Positions 17,125 through 26,493 of a DNA stretch of 51,118 nt are shown here, piece by piece; the stretch's first letter is position 1; every line of letters begins with the position of its first letter. A program made the position numbers and the translations under genes. Source of the stretch: an uncultured archaeon. GTDB taxonomy: Archaea; CAYQAE01. The DNA lies in the NCBI GenBank assembly GCA_964415445.1, contig CAYQAE010000005.1, forward strand, positions 1 through 51,118, read 5' to 3'. The notes under the pieces are model-generated. The model ran no database searches, was not told the origin of the DNA, and was given only the letters and a program-made list of their open reading frames with translations.

Positions 17125-18482
17125 GCTAAATTCGAATAATAAGAACTCACATCTTGAGTATACTTTGAAGGAACATATTCCCCATATGTTGATTCGCCTG
17201 TGTATTGTGATTCTGCTCCTGAAGAATATGAACCACTCCCACCCGAACTACTTTGTCCCATAGATTCTAGAGAATACATTATCAAATAATTACTAAATTG
17301 TCCTATCAAATTTGCGTTAATTGATATCTGGCTTCCCAAATCTGAAGAATATTTAGAAACTTCATCTCCTATCTCTCTTTGTTTTTGAGCAGCTAAATGC
17401 ATTTTTTCTGCGATTTCCATATATTTGGAATTACTAGCCCCATCTAATTCATTTATATATTCACTCATCTCACTTGCTAATTCCGACTCTTCTGTAGTAT
17501 CTAAACCCAAATTTTCCATCTCAGATATAATTGTATGCATCTGCTCAAGAAGCAATTCTGCATTAAACTCTGATTCATTAGAGTCATAGGTTTCTACTTT
17601 ATATTTATAAGAAATATTTTCATTTCCAAAAATATCTCTAACAAATATCTGATAAGTCAGGTTATCACTTACTACAATTGGATACTTTATTTTCTCTTTG
17701 TTTTCAAAATTATAGAGGCGTGTTTCTCCAGATGCATATGTTACATTTAAATCAACGACAAAATTACTTTCATCAGATACATTAAATTCAACGACAATAA
17801 TACTACCTTTTCTTATTGCATTTTGTCCAGCTAAATCTCCAGGCAAAATTTCACTTAGAATAGGACTATTATTATCATTTACAGAAATGGAAGTTATAAA
17901 AGCTTGATTTGCAAATAAAAATAAAAATAGACTAAATATTGCTGCAAATCCTAATTTTTGAGTGCTTTTTCTTTTTGGTATAGCTTTTTTAGTGTCTATA
18001 TCATTCAAACGCGTAGATAGATCACATAAAATAGTTTCTCTAAGCGGATGAACTTTTTTACTATTATAAAGTTCTGTTACTGTATACATCCGACCCTCTA
18101 ATGAATTAGTTACTCCTTCTGCAAGTGAACTTAAATACATATCATCATAATTACTTGGAGATATAAAAAAAGCAATTAGAACTATAGAAATAATTCCGAT
18201 TGAAGAGAATAAAACAAAATTTGTAAAACCTAAATCAAGTATTAGTGATTCTTCAAAAAATTTAGCTAAAAGCAAATAAGATGCAATAAATATAAGAAAA
18301 ATACTTAACAATCTAAAAGCATAAATATAAAATACAACTTTACGTTTTCGGCTATTTAACTCTTCTAAAGTATTTTTATATTTCTTTTCTGCTTCTGATA
18401 CAGAAATATTTTGTTCTTCTCTATCCAATGTATCCGCAATTATATCTATATCTACATTTCCCATACTTATTCCTCTAACCAA
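17121..18482 (-). CDS. membrane protein with Ig-like/coiled-coil ectodomain and Ser/Gly/Tyr-rich tail, hypothetical
   Basis: Three predicted TM segments (by eye), a beta-rich middle, an acidic helical region, and a C-terminal SSSGGSGSYSSG...EYVPSKYTQDVSSYYSNLA. The ATG at 18464 (GAGGA upstream) is the likelier start. Confidence 0.45.
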   Translation of the reverse strand: MVRGISMGNVDIDIIADTLDREEQNISVSEAEKKYKNTLEELNSRKRKVVFYIYAFRLLSIFLIFIASYLLLAKFFEESLILDLGFTNFVLFSSIGIISIVLIAFFISPSNYDDMYLSSLAEGVTNSLEGRMYTVTELYNSKKVHPLRETILCDLSTRLNDIDTKKAIPKRKSTQKLGFAAIFSLFLFLFANQAFITSISVNDNNSPILSEILPGDLAGQNAIRKGSIIVVEFNVSDESNFVVDLNVTYASGETRLYNFENKEKIKYPIVVSDNLTYQIFVRDIFGNENISYKYKVETYDSNESEFNAELLLEQMHTIISEMENLGLDTTEESELASEMSEYINELDGASNSKYMEIAEKMHLAAQKQREIGDEVSKYSSDLGSQISINANLIGQFSNYLIMYSLESMGQSSSGGSGSYSSGAESQYTGESTYGEYVPSKYTQDVSSYYSNLA

Positions 18483-18628
18483 AATTTATCTTCTGATATA
18501 TATTTAGCAAATAAACTATATAAATATTTGCAAAAATAAAATAATATATTTAAATAATAATTAATTTTTTTGTTTAACTAAATTTGTGAATAAACCTAAT
18601 AAGTCATAGCTATAGATTTTATTTTAAG

Positions 18629-19336
18629 GTGCTAAGTTTGATTGAAGAGAATAAAATAAAAATTATCGAAGATTATGATGAATTATTAGATAATGTTGTA
18701 GATCATGAAGTACTATTTCCTATCACCTTAGATAAAGAGTATATTAAAGAAAGTGTAGAACTTGTTAATGAATTAGCTGAAAAGACTAAAGATATAGTTG
18801 CACTAGCTGAGAGTTATGAAGATGTAGTTGATGAATTTAAAAATAAGATAGAAGAATATAAAGCAATAGCAGAAAATCCCTATATTATTGGACAAGATAG
18901 ATCAAGGCGTATGAACAGAATTAGAGAGATGTATTATGAATTTCGACCCTATATTGTTGAATCTCTCTCAAAACTTAGTTTGAGAATAACAGAAGAGATG
19001 CCAGAGAACGTTATAAAATATATAAAGATGGCAGAAAATTCATTTAATGATGAAAATTATATTTTAGGAATTATTGCAATAGTATCTTCACTAAAAGATA
19101 TGTTAACAAACATATATAAAGACAAAATAGGAAATATTAATTCAAAGAAATATCCGCAAATAATAAATGAGATTGTATCAAAAAACCTAATAGAAAATGG
19201 ATCTGATAAATTTAAAGAAGCAATTGAAATTTATAATAGATTTATGAATAATCTTGAATATATATTTATGAATAAAGAAAAAGCAGAATTAATTATAAAG
19301 CATTTAGTTAGGTTTTTAGTAGATTATTATGAATAA
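18629..19336 (+). CDS. hypothetical helical protein (about 232-235 aa)
   Basis: Long ORF. The GTG at 18629 lies inside AAGGTG, so the TTG at 18638 is the likelier start. It ends 15 nt before the next gene. No family recognised. Confidence 0.4.
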   Translation: MLSLIEENKIKIIEDYDELLDNVVDHEVLFPITLDKEYIKESVELVNELAEKTKDIVALAESYEDVVDEFKNKIEEYKAIAENPYIIGQDRSRRMNRIREMYYEFRPYIVESLSKLSLRITEEMPENVIKYIKMAENSFNDENYILGIIAIVSSLKDMLTNIYKDKIGNINSKKYPQIINEIVSKNLIENGSDKFKEAIEIYNRFMNNLEYIFMNKEKAELIIKHLVRFLVDYYE

Positions 19337-19350
19337 AAGGTAGTTAAGCT

Positions 19351-19926
19351 ATGATATGTCCTCGATGTAGATTTGAATTTTCAGATGAATTTAATTTTTG
19401 TCCAAGATGTGGCCTAAATATACGAAACAAAAACAAAAAACAACAAATGCCACCAAATATTCAAAATATGCTAAATAATATATTAGAACAAACTAAAAAT
19501 ATCATGTCTGGGGATAAAAAAAATATTAATTTTTCAAATTTTAAGATGCCACCAGGAGTTAAATCGGGCAGTATGGTAATTAAAATAACTCCAGATAAAG
19601 ATGGAAAACCAAAAGTTGAAATAAAAGATACGAAACCTAAACCTAAAGACAAAACTAAATCCAAAATAAAAAGACCTGATATAACAAAATATAAAGAACC
19701 AAAAGCAAAAATAGATGAGACAGACTCAGGAAAAGCTGTTATGTTAGAACTACCAGGAGTAGAACATGAAAAAGATATAGATATACAAAAATTAGGTGAA
19801 AGTATCGAAATAAGAGCTTATAGCAACAAGATTGGATATTTCAAAAATGTACCTACCTCAACTACTTCAAGAATTACTTCAAAAGAATTTCAAGGCGAAA
19901 AACTCTTTTTAAAAATTGAATATTGA
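19351..19926 (+). CDS. zinc-ribbon / Lys-rich linker / alpha-crystallin (Hsp20-like) domain fusion protein
   Basis: The N-terminus is MICPRCRFEFSDEFNFCPRCG. The C-terminus, DETDSGKAVMLELPGVEHEKDIDIQKLGESIEIRAY...GEKLFLKIE, fits the ACD pattern (dlPGv.keDI.v.....l.I.a). Confidence 0.6.
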   Translation: MICPRCRFEFSDEFNFCPRCGLNIRNKNKKQQMPPNIQNMLNNILEQTKNIMSGDKKNINFSNFKMPPGVKSGSMVIKITPDKDGKPKVEIKDTKPKPKDKTKSKIKRPDITKYKEPKAKIDETDSGKAVMLELPGVEHEKDIDIQKLGESIEIRAYSNKIGYFKNVPTSTTSRITSKEFQGEKLFLKIEY

Positions 19927-19930
19927 GAAA

Positions 19931-20455
19931 ATGAAAATTCTACTACATATCTGCTGTGGAGTATGTGCCACATCAGTAGTGGAGAGACTTAAATCAGAAG
20001 GAAATAAAGTAGTAGGTATATTTTACAATCCAAATATTTATCCAAAAGAAGAATATCAAAAAAGATTAGATGATACAAAAAAAATAGCAAAAAAGATGAA
20101 TTTTAAACTAATTGAAAGCGAATATAATTCAAAAAAGTGGTTTAAACTTACAGAAAAAAACAAAGACGATCCTGAAGGTGGCCAAAGATGTGCTATATGT
20201 TTTGAGATGAGGTTAAAATATGTATGGAATTATTTTAAAAAATCCAAAGATTTTGATAAATTTACAACTACTTTATCTGTAAGTCCACATAAAGATTCTA
20301 AGGTTATAAATAAACTTGGAGAAAAAATAGGAAAAAATAAATTTATCCAAGCTAATTTTAAAAAGAAGGATGGTTTTTTGCAAGCAATTAAACTTTCAAA
20401 ACAATGGAATTTATATCGACAAAACTACTGTGGATGTATATATAGTATGAAATAG
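19931..20455 (+). CDS. queH: epoxyqueuosine reductase QueH (DUF208)
   Basis: Contains LLHICCGVCA, FYNPNIYPKEEY, PEGGQRCAICF, FTTTLSVSPHKDS, FKKKDGF and the C-terminal YRQNYCGCIYS, collinear with bacterial QueH. The ATG at 19931 is preferred over the TTG at 19916. Confidence 0.85.
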   Translation: MKILLHICCGVCATSVVERLKSEGNKVVGIFYNPNIYPKEEYQKRLDDTKKIAKKMNFKLIESEYNSKKWFKLTEKNKDDPEGGQRCAICFEMRLKYVWNYFKKSKDFDKFTTTLSVSPHKDSKVINKLGEKIGKNKFIQANFKKKDGFLQAIKLSKQWNLYRQNYCGCIYSMK

Positions 20456-22579
20456 CTATTTTGTCAAGATATGTCTAACAATACTTGAATATGCGGGTCT
20501 AGTTAAAGTAATACCAAACAAAACCCCTACAATTGTGGTAAAAGCAAATCCTTTTAGAGCTCCAAAACCTAAAAAGAAGAGAGGAATCATAGCAACAATA
20601 GTAGTTAGAGCAGCAATTACTATAACACCCAGAGCTTGTTTAATTCTAGCCAACATGGTAAACACTGTTACTTTTTTATGTTCACCACGCAGAGTCTCAT
20701 CAGTAATCATGATCTGATGGTCCACACCCGTCCCTATTGCTGCAATAATACCAGCAAAAGCAGCTAAATCTAACTCCCAACTAGTTATAATTGCAAAACC
20801 AAATATAAGCATTACTTCACTAAAAGTAGTAAATAACATCGCCAGTGCCACAGAAGGTTTTCTATATCTTAAATAGATAATAAACCCAACAGCAATAAAT
20901 GCCGCAATTAAAGCATTTCTAAATTGAGAAATAAAAGCTTCCCCCAAAGAAGGAGATACATGACCGCTACCTAAAACAGTGACCTCCACAGGTAGATCAT
21001 ACTCTAGTGCAATCCAAACTTCTTCTGCTTTTTTCTTACCATCATCACCTGTCCCTGTGCTTGCTCGAAAAGTTGTAATAGGTGAAGATTTTATTTGTGA
21101 CTTTAGACTTTCAGAAAAACCTGCATCAAATACAATTTTTCCATTAAGATACATAGTAAGAGTTTTGTTTGTATCAACATCCAAAGCACCTTCTGCAATT
21201 GCAATCTCTCTTAGGTTTTCTGCTGCATCTTGAGTAATAGTAAAAGATACACCCCATACATCGTCAATTTTTGAAACGCCATTTGGATCCACTTCTTCTA
21301 TATCATCTCCTGTAAATACCAAAGTATTTCCAATTTTTGCTTCAAATCTACCTGTCCTTAAAATGTCTAATGCACTTTCAGGGTCATAAACTCCAGCTAA
21401 ATCAATTAAAACATAACGAACTTTATCATCAACTCTCCATTCTCGAATTTTTCTATCTTTAAGCCCATATGAATTTGATCGTTGCTCGATAGTTAATTTT
21501 AACTTATCCCAAGTATGATCACTAATTCCAGCTTTTGGTGAATCCAAAATTTCAGCATCAATATTTTCCAAAATTGGTGTCAATTTAATATATCCAGCGC
21601 CTTTAGTTTCATAAATATGACTGTGAATCTCTAAAGAAAATCTATTTTCATATTCACCCAAAACTAAAATTTCAGAATCTAGAGCAGTTGCAAGATAGCT
21701 TGATATATATTTATTTGCATATCCATGTACTTCTATTGTCTTTAGATTACCTTGTTCTGTCTCTACCTCAATATAATCTGCCCAATACAAAATTTCTTCA
21801 ATTTCTCGTTTTAATTCATCATCATCTAAATCAGTCTCACAATCTAAGATAACAATAACATTTTGATTATCACTATCTCCTTTAATAGTGGGTTGGCGAC
21901 TGAGTGTAGTATTTGCATCTAGTTGTGAATCAATTTGAGTTGATATCATCTTACCATAAGAATCTGTCTCAATTTCAACTAAAGTTGATTTTATCTCTAG
22001 CTGAATCCAAGAACCTCCTTGTAAATCTAGACCCAACTGCCATCTCATTATTCTTTCATTTTTATAATTTTGAACTTCACCTAAATTATCCATCTCTTGG
22101 ATATTCACTTCTCTGGGAGTATACAAATCAGCAAATGATAATTTATATGTATCTTCTTCTGGTGCACTTATAATTTCTGGTTCAGCCCCCAATCTTTCTT
22201 TTAGATATTTAATCATTACAGTTTCACTTCTTGCACGAATATAACATCTACTCATATTATTTCCATAGGTAAAATTACCTTGAAGCTCTGCAAAATCGCC
22301 TATTGATTTTAAAATTTCTTTTTCAACATCAGAACTATTTCTATAGATAGTTACGGAATAATTAGATTCACCTACCCTCTCAACATCCACCCCTTCTGGA
22401 AAATAAACATAATTTTCAATTATATCATCAATAGGTGCAGTAAGATTATTTTCATTAATTTTTAATGTCCCAACTGGCTCAGATGGAGGAACTAAAACTG
22501 CAAAAGAAGCTAATAGTACAATTATAAGATCTAAAAGCACTATTTTTTCCCTTAAAATATCCTTTAATGTGTCTATCAC
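20456..22579 (-). CDS. secD: protein-export membrane protein SecD (unusually long, 707 aa)
   Basis: N-terminal TM, a large extracytoplasmic domain containing LGLDLQGGSW, and a C-terminal block of multiple TM helices. GTGA start/stop overlap with secF. Confidence 0.85.
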   Translation of the reverse strand: MIDTLKDILREKIVLLDLIIVLLASFAVLVPPSEPVGTLKINENNLTAPIDDIIENYVYFPEGVDVERVGESNYSVTIYRNSSDVEKEILKSIGDFAELQGNFTYGNNMSRCYIRARSETVMIKYLKERLGAEPEIISAPEEDTYKLSFADLYTPREVNIQEMDNLGEVQNYKNERIMRWQLGLDLQGGSWIQLEIKSTLVEIETDSYGKMISTQIDSQLDANTTLSRQPTIKGDSDNQNVIVILDCETDLDDDELKREIEEILYWADYIEVETEQGNLKTIEVHGYANKYISSYLATALDSEILVLGEYENRFSLEIHSHIYETKGAGYIKLTPILENIDAEILDSPKAGISDHTWDKLKLTIEQRSNSYGLKDRKIREWRVDDKVRYVLIDLAGVYDPESALDILRTGRFEAKIGNTLVFTGDDIEEVDPNGVSKIDDVWGVSFTITQDAAENLREIAIAEGALDVDTNKTLTMYLNGKIVFDAGFSESLKSQIKSSPITTFRASTGTGDDGKKKAEEVWIALEYDLPVEVTVLGSGHVSPSLGEAFISQFRNALIAAFIAVGFIIYLRYRKPSVALAMLFTTFSEVMLIFGFAIITSWELDLAAFAGIIAAIGTGVDHQIMITDETLRGEHKKVTVFTMLARIKQALGVIVIAALTTIVAMIPLFFLGFGALKGFAFTTIVGVLFGITLTRPAYSSIVRHILTK

Positions 22580-23436
22580 TCTACCACCCTAGCTTTGCCG
22601 GTGTTTACATACCATCTTAAAATTCCTGCATTTAAAAACCAAGTATTTACAAAATCAGCTAAAAGGCCAAAAATTAAGACCGCTGAAATTTCAGATATTA
22701 CCGCAGATGTAGAAAAAATAAATAAAGTGGATATAGCCACAATAGTAGTTACAGACATTAAAATTCCTGTCTCAAAAGAGCTTTTCATTTTATCATATAA
22801 ATCTCCTTTTCTTTTGAAAATCTTAGTAGTAAGTAAAATATTGCTATCTACTGAATAACCTATTATCATCAAAAGTGCAGCAATAGTATGCAGATTTAGA
22901 CGTATACCCAAAATTCGCATCATGGCTAGTGCAAAAAACATATCTAAAACTGCAGATAAGATAATTGAAGAGCTAGGAACAGGATCTAAGAACCTAACAA
23001 ATACCACAATAGTCATCAAAATTAGAGCAACAGCTATAGCTAACTTTGCCTGAGATTGAAATGCAGCGCCTAATGTTGGACCAATCTCTTTTGTCTCAAC
23101 TTCTCCACCAGTATATATTTCTAAATCATTCTTTAGAGTTGAAGAATTAACTTCCAAACCTACTTCTAGTTGAATTTCATCTTCAAAATCAGAGCGAATT
23201 GTAACTTCAACATCTTCGTATTCTGATTCAAGATGCGATTTTATGTCTTCTGCAGAAACATTACTATCATAGATAGTAACACTAGTTCCACCTTCTAAAT
23301 CGATGCCTAATTTCATCCATTCTCCACCATCCAATCGAGAGATAAGAAAAACAGACGTGGAAAAAAGAATTAAGATCAGCGGAGCTATTAAAAGTAATTT
23401 AGTCTCCCATCTATCATATGGTATTATTGCTCTCAT
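22576..23436 (-). CDS. secF: protein-export membrane protein SecF
   Basis: 286 aa with one TM, a ~100-aa loop (LGIDLEGGTS) and a multi-TM block. The secF-secD order matches other archaea. Confidence 0.85.
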   Translation of the reverse strand: MRAIIPYDRWETKLLLIAPLILILFSTSVFLISRLDGGEWMKLGIDLEGGTSVTIYDSNVSAEDIKSHLESEYEDVEVTIRSDFEDEIQLEVGLEVNSSTLKNDLEIYTGGEVETKEIGPTLGAAFQSQAKLAIAVALILMTIVVFVRFLDPVPSSSIILSAVLDMFFALAMMRILGIRLNLHTIAALLMIIGYSVDSNILLTTKIFKRKGDLYDKMKSSFETGILMSVTTIVAISTLFIFSTSAVISEISAVLIFGLLADFVNTWFLNAGILRWYVNTGKARVVE

Positions 23437-23692
23437 ACATATATCCCTAAATTTTATCTAGACTATTATTTATAAGCTTGAATTTTAATTTAAATGTACC
23501 TATACTCTTAGCAGGCCTTATAACTGACTGATTACAATTTGATTAAATTATAAATATTCTAAATGTAAATATAACAAAAGTCGAGTACAAAAAATATAAA
23601 AAATATCCTTCTAAAGAGAGATTACAAAAGCCTATTTTAGAAAAATCAACCATTATCTTTTTTTTAATTGAAAATTTATTTTGATATCAAAA

Positions 23693-24592
23693 TTAGTTTC
23701 TATTAACGGCTAAAAGTATAGCTTTTTGAGTATGCAGACGATTTTCTGCTTGATCAAAAACTATGGATTTTTTAGAGTCAATAACTTCATCTAAAACTTC
23801 ATACCCTCTATATGCAGGAAGACAATGCATAAAATAAGCTTTATCTTTTGCAAGTGACATTAGCGAATTTGTAACTTGATAAGGCATAAATTTCTTGATT
23901 CTTTTGTCTTTTTCATCTTTTTGATGCATACTCACCCAAGTATCAGTGTAGACTACATCTGCATTTTCAACTGCGCGTTTTGGATCTTCAACAACTTCAA
24001 CATTTCTACATTTTTTTAAAATATCATCTTTAGGTTGATACCCTTCAGGTGATGAGACTACCATATCAATATTTAATTTTTGAGTTATCAACATCAGAGA
24101 ATTACAAACATTATTTGCATCTCCAAGATATACAAATTTTTCAATTTTAGGTTTTTTTTCAAATATTGTATAAATATCAGATATTGCTTGACAAGGATGA
24201 TATTGATTAGTTAGAGCATTAATTGTTGGAATAGATGTATTTTTTGCAAAGTCTATAACATCTCTCTGTTGATAAGTCCTAATTGCTACAAAATCAACAT
24301 ACCTTTCCATCACTTTTGCAGTATCTACAATTGCCTCCCCATAAGCTAGTTGCATATCATTAGAAGATAAATAAGTTGAATAGCCGCCTAAATCACTAAT
24401 AGCACCTTCAAAAGAAAGTCTTGTTCGCGTAGATGGTTTTTGAAAAATTAAAGCTAGTTTCTTTGATTTTAGATTGGATCTGTATTTTTCTTTATTCTCT
24501 TTAACATCTTGAGTTAAATCAATCAAAGACAATATTTCTTTTTTTGTTAATTTATCAATTGTCAGAAGATCTTTATTTTTTAGCTTAAACAT
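23693..24592 (-). CDS. argF: ornithine carbamoyltransferase
   Basis: Contains FQKPSTRTRLSFE (STRTR), HPCQ, DTWVSM and HCLPAYRGYEV. HCLP distinguishes OTC from ATCase (HPLPR). Confidence 0.85.
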   Translation of the reverse strand: MFKLKNKDLLTIDKLTKKEILSLIDLTQDVKENKEKYRSNLKSKKLALIFQKPSTRTRLSFEGAISDLGGYSTYLSSNDMQLAYGEAIVDTAKVMERYVDFVAIRTYQQRDVIDFAKNTSIPTINALTNQYHPCQAISDIYTIFEKKPKIEKFVYLGDANNVCNSLMLITQKLNIDMVVSSPEGYQPKDDILKKCRNVEVVEDPKRAVENADVVYTDTWVSMHQKDEKDKRIKKFMPYQVTNSLMSLAKDKAYFMHCLPAYRGYEVLDEVIDSKKSIVFDQAENRLHTQKAILLAVNRN

Positions 24593-24680
24593 TTCAACCT
24601 ACATCTAAATAAATAACTTTCAAAAATACTTAAAATCTAAATCTTAAATGTTTTTTTAGTTTCAAAAGCCTTATACAAAA

Positions 24681-25514
24681 ATGAAAATAATAGTAACCTC
24701 AAAAAAAGATCCAGCAAGTATTACCATAAAAGAAGCACTTCTTTCAAATTATGAATTTAGAGAATATAAAAAGCATAATAACAATAAATCATACTTATTT
24801 AAAGATATTAGAATTATTCAAATAGATACAGACTTATTATATACAGAAAAATATGAACAAGAATTAGAAGCTGAACTTTTTATTATGGCTTCATGTCATA
24901 AATCTAAATCAAACTATCCCTCTCTTTTAATTCACACCTCTGGAAACTGGACTAAAGAGAATAAATTTGGTGGCCAAAAAGAAAAAGTATGTATTGCAAA
25001 TCCTAATTTTATTAAAAATGGATTAATTAATCTAAAAAAACAAAAAAAAGAACTTAAATTAGAATATGACGTATCTTTAGAAGTTACACATCATGGACCA
25101 ACTGATATAGATATACCTTCAACTTTTATAGAGCTAGGTAGCACTAAAGAAGAATGGACAGATAAAACTGCTGCCAAAGCAATAGCATATGCAATAATAA
25201 ATAGTTTAGAAAACGAAAAAACTTATGAGCCTGTAATTGGAGTCGGTGGTAATCATTATGCAAATAAATTCAACAAACTATTATTTAATACCAAATATAG
25301 CATATCTCATATTATACCAAAGCATGCAATTGATGATCTAAGTTTTGATACTTTCAAACATGCTATAGACAGATCAGAACCTAATCCAAAAATTTGTTGT
25401 ATTGATTGGAAAGGTATAAAATCAGCACAAAGAAAAAAAATTATAGATTACTGCAACAAACTCAAAATCCCATATAAAAAAGTGAAAGAACTAATAAAAG
25501 AATCAAGAAGCTAA
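24681..25514 (+). CDS. dtdA: archaeal D-aminoacyl-tRNA deacylase (DTD2/DtdA)
   Basis: Contains MKIIVTSKKDPASITIKE, HTSGNW, EVTHHGPT, FIELGSTKEEW and IDWKG, collinear with Pyrococcus DTD2 as I recall it. Confidence 0.85.
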   Translation: MKIIVTSKKDPASITIKEALLSNYEFREYKKHNNNKSYLFKDIRIIQIDTDLLYTEKYEQELEAELFIMASCHKSKSNYPSLLIHTSGNWTKENKFGGQKEKVCIANPNFIKNGLINLKKQKKELKLEYDVSLEVTHHGPTDIDIPSTFIELGSTKEEWTDKTAAKAIAYAIINSLENEKTYEPVIGVGGNHYANKFNKLLFNTKYSISHIIPKHAIDDLSFDTFKHAIDRSEPNPKICCIDWKGIKSAQRKKIIDYCNKLKIPYKKVKELIKESRS

Positions 25515-26219
25515 AATATCTTGCATACTACCTAAATCTAATTCAATAAAGCTTCCTTCAAATGCAGTATCTATCGCATACCAAAATATACCAAAATTAA
25601 TTGCAAAAGCTAACACCCAAGCGATAGGACTCCATCGAATTATTTTTCTACCATCTAATGGACCAAAAGGTAACATGTTAAATGCGGCAAGCGCAAAATT
25701 AACCAAAAAGAAATAAAGCATGAAATCTTGCATATCCCCTGGATCCAAATAATGTTGACTTATTAAGGCTGCAAAAAGAGCTAGTCCTATATTTACAGTA
25801 GGACCAGCTAATGCTATTTTTCCGGTTCGCGATATTGTGGCTCGCATACCATAGACTACCACTGCACCCGGTGCGGCCATCTTACCATAACCTTGTGTTG
25901 CAAATAGCAAAATTAACATAGCAACTACAGAAACAGGAGATAATCTAAATTCTGACCAATTTTTATATGCACGAGCTGTAAATTTATGACCAAATTCATG
26001 TAGGACAAATGCAGGAGCTATTAACAAGGCTCTATATATAGCACCACTTTTTCCTGTAAATTTTAAATCTTGAAGTGCTTTATGGGGCATTAACTCGCCC
26101 ATAGGGTAGGCAAATATAAAAATAACTAAAAATAAACCTATTGCTAGATGGATACCTTCTGTTCCTGAAAATTTTGGTTGTTGACTGTCTTTTGAATCTT
26201 GAACAAAGTAATAAGCCAA
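25503..26219 (-). CDS. M50 family site-2 metalloprotease
   Basis: Contains HEFGHKFTA (HExxH) in a TM helix and NMLPFGPLDGRKI (NxxPxxxLDG). TTG start with GGTG upstream. Confidence 0.8.
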   Translation of the reverse strand: MAYYFVQDSKDSQQPKFSGTEGIHLAIGLFLVIFIFAYPMGELMPHKALQDLKFTGKSGAIYRALLIAPAFVLHEFGHKFTARAYKNWSEFRLSPVSVVAMLILLFATQGYGKMAAPGAVVVYGMRATISRTGKIALAGPTVNIGLALFAALISQHYLDPGDMQDFMLYFFLVNFALAAFNMLPFGPLDGRKIIRWSPIAWVLAFAINFGIFWYAIDTAFEGSFIELDLGSMQDILAS

Positions 26220-26277
26220 ATAAACACCAAAAAAAAATACATACTCTAAATTTTTATTTATTTCTGTATAATTTAAA

Positions 26278-26493
26278 TTGATTGAAATGGTGCGGAGAAT
26301 TTCAAAATTTTATGATAAGATGATATACAATTTAAGAGGAAAATATGTTGGAAACGTAGAAGATGTTGTCCTAGATCTAACTCAAGGAAAAATTTTGGGA
26401 TTAGATATAGGAAAAAGCAAAAAAAAAGGGAAATCAAGAGCTATACCCTATGAATCAATCTATGCAATGAGTGATATAATATTAGTCCAATAA
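26278..26493 (+). CDS. small PRC-barrel-like protein
   Basis: GKYVGNVEDVVLDLTQGKILGLDIG...IPYESI fits the PRC-barrel pattern. TTG 26278 or ATG 26287 could be the start. Confidence 0.45.
   Translation: MIEMVRRISKFYDKMIYNLRGKYVGNVEDVVLDLTQGKILGLDIGKSKKKGKSRAIPYESIYAMSDIILVQ

Noticed and set aside
20535-22858. Plus-strand ORFs 20535-20717, 20979-21233, 21913-22173 and 22595-22858
   Set aside because: All lie inside secD/secF on the opposite strand, and the SecDF frames carry the family motifs.
23437-23692. The largest intergenic gap (256 nt), examined for a small RNA or ORF
   Set aside because: It contains no ORF above a few codons, no stable stem-loops and no C/D or H/ACA box arrangement that I could see. 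It is probably the secF promoter plus the argF 3' region.
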